Shown here: one piece after another, positions 62,651 through 64,000 of the stretch
Layout of the letters: each line of letters begins with the position of its first letter
How positions within the stretch are numbered: the first letter of the stretch is position 1
IMG/VR virus record: IMGVR_UViG_3300046463_000164
Source: a virus
Length of the DNA stretch: 64,000 nucleotides
Strand: one strand, 5' to 3'
Program-made: the position numbers and the translations under genes
The notes under the pieces: model-generated
The model's database searches: none
Seen by the model: only the letters and a program-made list of their open reading frames with translations
Told to the model about the DNA's origin: nothing

Positions 62651-62914
62651 TTAGATAAAGCTACTCACTAACCTTTCGGTTTGGAAAGCTTCAACCGATT
62701 CGAACGGCCCAACGTAGTCGTTGGAGACTTCCCAGCGACCTTCAAAATCCGTTTGAAAATCGACGGCGTAAAACTCGCCGGAGTCTTTAAAGAGAATCGC
62801 GTACCAATCGTAAGCCGAACGGGTAGCCACCGCGGTTTCCAGCGGTTTAGCAAAACCGTAATCTTCGTAAGCCTTGACGATATTAGCGGGGATCAAAATC
62901 CCATTAATCTTCAC
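62651..62914 (-). CDS. Early hypothetical protein
   Basis: GAGG RBS, GTG start. Confidence 0.6.
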   Translation of the reverse strand: MKINGILIPANIVKAYEDYGFAKPLETAVATRSAYDWYAILFKDSGEFYAVDFQTDFEGRWEVSNDYVGPFESVEAFQTERLVSSFI

Positions 62915-63166
62915 TTTGAACCTCTCGTTTAGTTTCGATATAGGGATTCTACCGTAACTATACAGAAAAGCTACTATGGATTTTATATCAAAATTACAGA
63001 TTCCATATAGTTTGGTAATATAGACTCTAGACCGTTATCTGCTTAAGCCCCGTTTCTCTAGGGTATTTCCGCTAGTAGCGCGTTAGATGAGCCGCTATGA
63101 GGTTTTGGTATAGGTCGTTGGGTATAATATAGGGATTAATTCAAGCCCGTTATACGCTCATCGAGC

Positions 63167-63320
63167 TTTTCTCTATCAGAATTGATTACTGATAGAAAAT
63201 CCCATAATTGACGGGGTCTGGTGCCTTAGTCGATCTGCCCAATGCAACCGATAAGTCAATTATACCCTCTTTTGGAAAAAAGTAAAGCCCCTTTCGGGGC
63301 TTTTTGGTAGGGATAAACCC
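63167..63320 (-). repeat. Copy 2 of terminator-promoter-hairpin cassette
   Basis: Imperfect direct repeat of 60727-60882. Confidence 0.85.
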
Positions 63321-63321
63321 T

Positions 63322-63549
63322 TTATTCCGGTTCGATTACTTCCGAACGGAAAGCGAAGGCAACGAGTTCTTCGCCGTCCTTATTCGAAAGGTAGCACTCA
63401 ACGCGGTTATCCGTTCGCGTAATCCGCGCCGTTACCCCTTCGGGTAGATTACCGTATTGCCGCTGCATCTCGCTTACGGCTTGATCTGCGGTCCGAAAGA
63501 CGAGATTATACCCCGCGTTACAATCGTCATAGCAAAATACGGTATTCAT
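63322..63549 (-). CDS. Early hypothetical protein
   Basis: GGAG RBS, own promoter. Confidence 0.6.
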   Translation of the reverse strand: MNTVFCYDDCNAGYNLVFRTADQAVSEMQRQYGNLPEGVTARITRTDNRVECYLSNKDGEELVAFAFRSEVIEPE

Positions 63550-63558
63550 TTTTCGTTC

Positions 63559-63624
63559 TCCGCTTCGTTTCGATAAAGGAATTATACCGGAAACCTAGAG
63601 AAAACAAAATTGTAATTTTCTATC
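63559..63624 (-). repeat. Copy 2 of promoter-leader cassette
   Basis: Imperfect repeat of 61971-62037. Confidence 0.75.
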
Positions 63625-63666
63625 AAGAATTGTTTCCAATAGATTTTGACTATCACGCAGACAAAT

Positions 63667-63688
63667 AAAAAGCCCCGAAAGGGGCTTT
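63667..63688 (-). terminator. Terminator
   Basis: AAAGCCCC-TTTC-GGGGCTTTTT on the minus strand. Confidence 0.8.
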
Positions 63689-63690
63689 AC

Positions 63691-63996
63691 TTACTCCGCG
63701 ATTTCCGCGTTATCTACCGTATAACGCGAGAAAACTATCCAACGACCACGGTTCCGGTCGATATTACGAAACGTGTGAATTTCTACTTTCGCGCCGTCGA
63801 TTAGTAGCGCGTCTAGTTTCTTTTCGAATCGAGCGCCGCTTTTCTCGTATTTCTCCCGGATAAGGGTCCACTGAAAATCGTGAAGACCCGAACGGTTCCC
63901 TAGACCCATCCAAACGTTCTTACCGTCGATAACGATTCTATCGCCTTCGTTTTTCGCGTAATCGATAATAACCCGCTTAAGTTGAGCCGCTTTCAT
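63691..63996 (-). CDS. Early hypothetical protein
   Basis: 101-aa ORF ending at a terminator; upstream context cut by the window edge. Confidence 0.55.
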   Translation of the reverse strand: MKAAQLKRVIIDYAKNEGDRIVIDGKNVWMGLGNRSGLHDFQWTLIREKYEKSGARFEKKLDALLIDGAKVEIHTFRNIDRNRGRWIVFSRYTVDNAEIAE

Positions 63997-64000
63997 TTTT

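Noticed and set aside
60727-63320. CRISPR array or IS ends
   Set aside because: Only two long imperfect copies 2.4 kb apart, no regular spacers, no cas or transposase gene.
63686-63716. Plus-strand promoter from hairpin-TTTACT at 63686
   Set aside because: No acceptable -10 hexamer at 16-18 bp spacing; treated as a terminator only.
1-64000. Stop-codon reassignment or introns in core genes
   Set aside because: Helicase, UvsX, ligase, rIIA and others are full length and uninterrupted in the standard code.

Overview
Segment of a large lytic T4-superfamily myophage genome; no bacterial chromosome, CRISPR array or IS element was seen. Recognisable core genes are gp59, gp3, rIIA/rIIB, a tape-measure-like gene, baseplate genes (hub, gp53, gp48, gp54), gp4, gp2, embedded Rz/Rz1 spanins, gp41 helicase, gp40, UvsX and ATP-dependent DNA ligase. 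The host is probably a Gram-negative, perhaps a Betaproteobacterium (inferred from spanins, LAACGGG lipoproteins and a Neisseria PglC-like aminotransferase). The leading candidate for an undescribed system is DNA hypermodification: an early-promoter operon (GT-B glycosyltransferase with a C-terminal clamp-binding-like motif, PIG-L deacetylase, and the three soluble enzymes for UDP-diNAc-bacillosamine) plus a separate dUMP-hydroxymethylase/dNMP kinase/dimeric dUTPase block. Together they suggest an amino-sugar attached to 5-hydroxymethyluracil; this is inference, not shown. Other unexplained signals: a 90-nt tRNA-Ala/tmRNA-like RNA without a canonical anticodon arm, two promoter-driven structured ORF-free RNAs (about 49.0-49.2 kb and 55.6-55.9 kb), duplicated terminator-promoter-hairpin cassettes, dispersed ~10-bp-periodic TA segments resembling gyrase sites, and marked TG/CA avoidance in the early genes at the right end. 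A Ter/TelA/vWA stress cluster, a Tad1-like sponge and a GIY-YIG homing endonuclease are also present. All family assignments come from motif recognition by eye; no searches were run.
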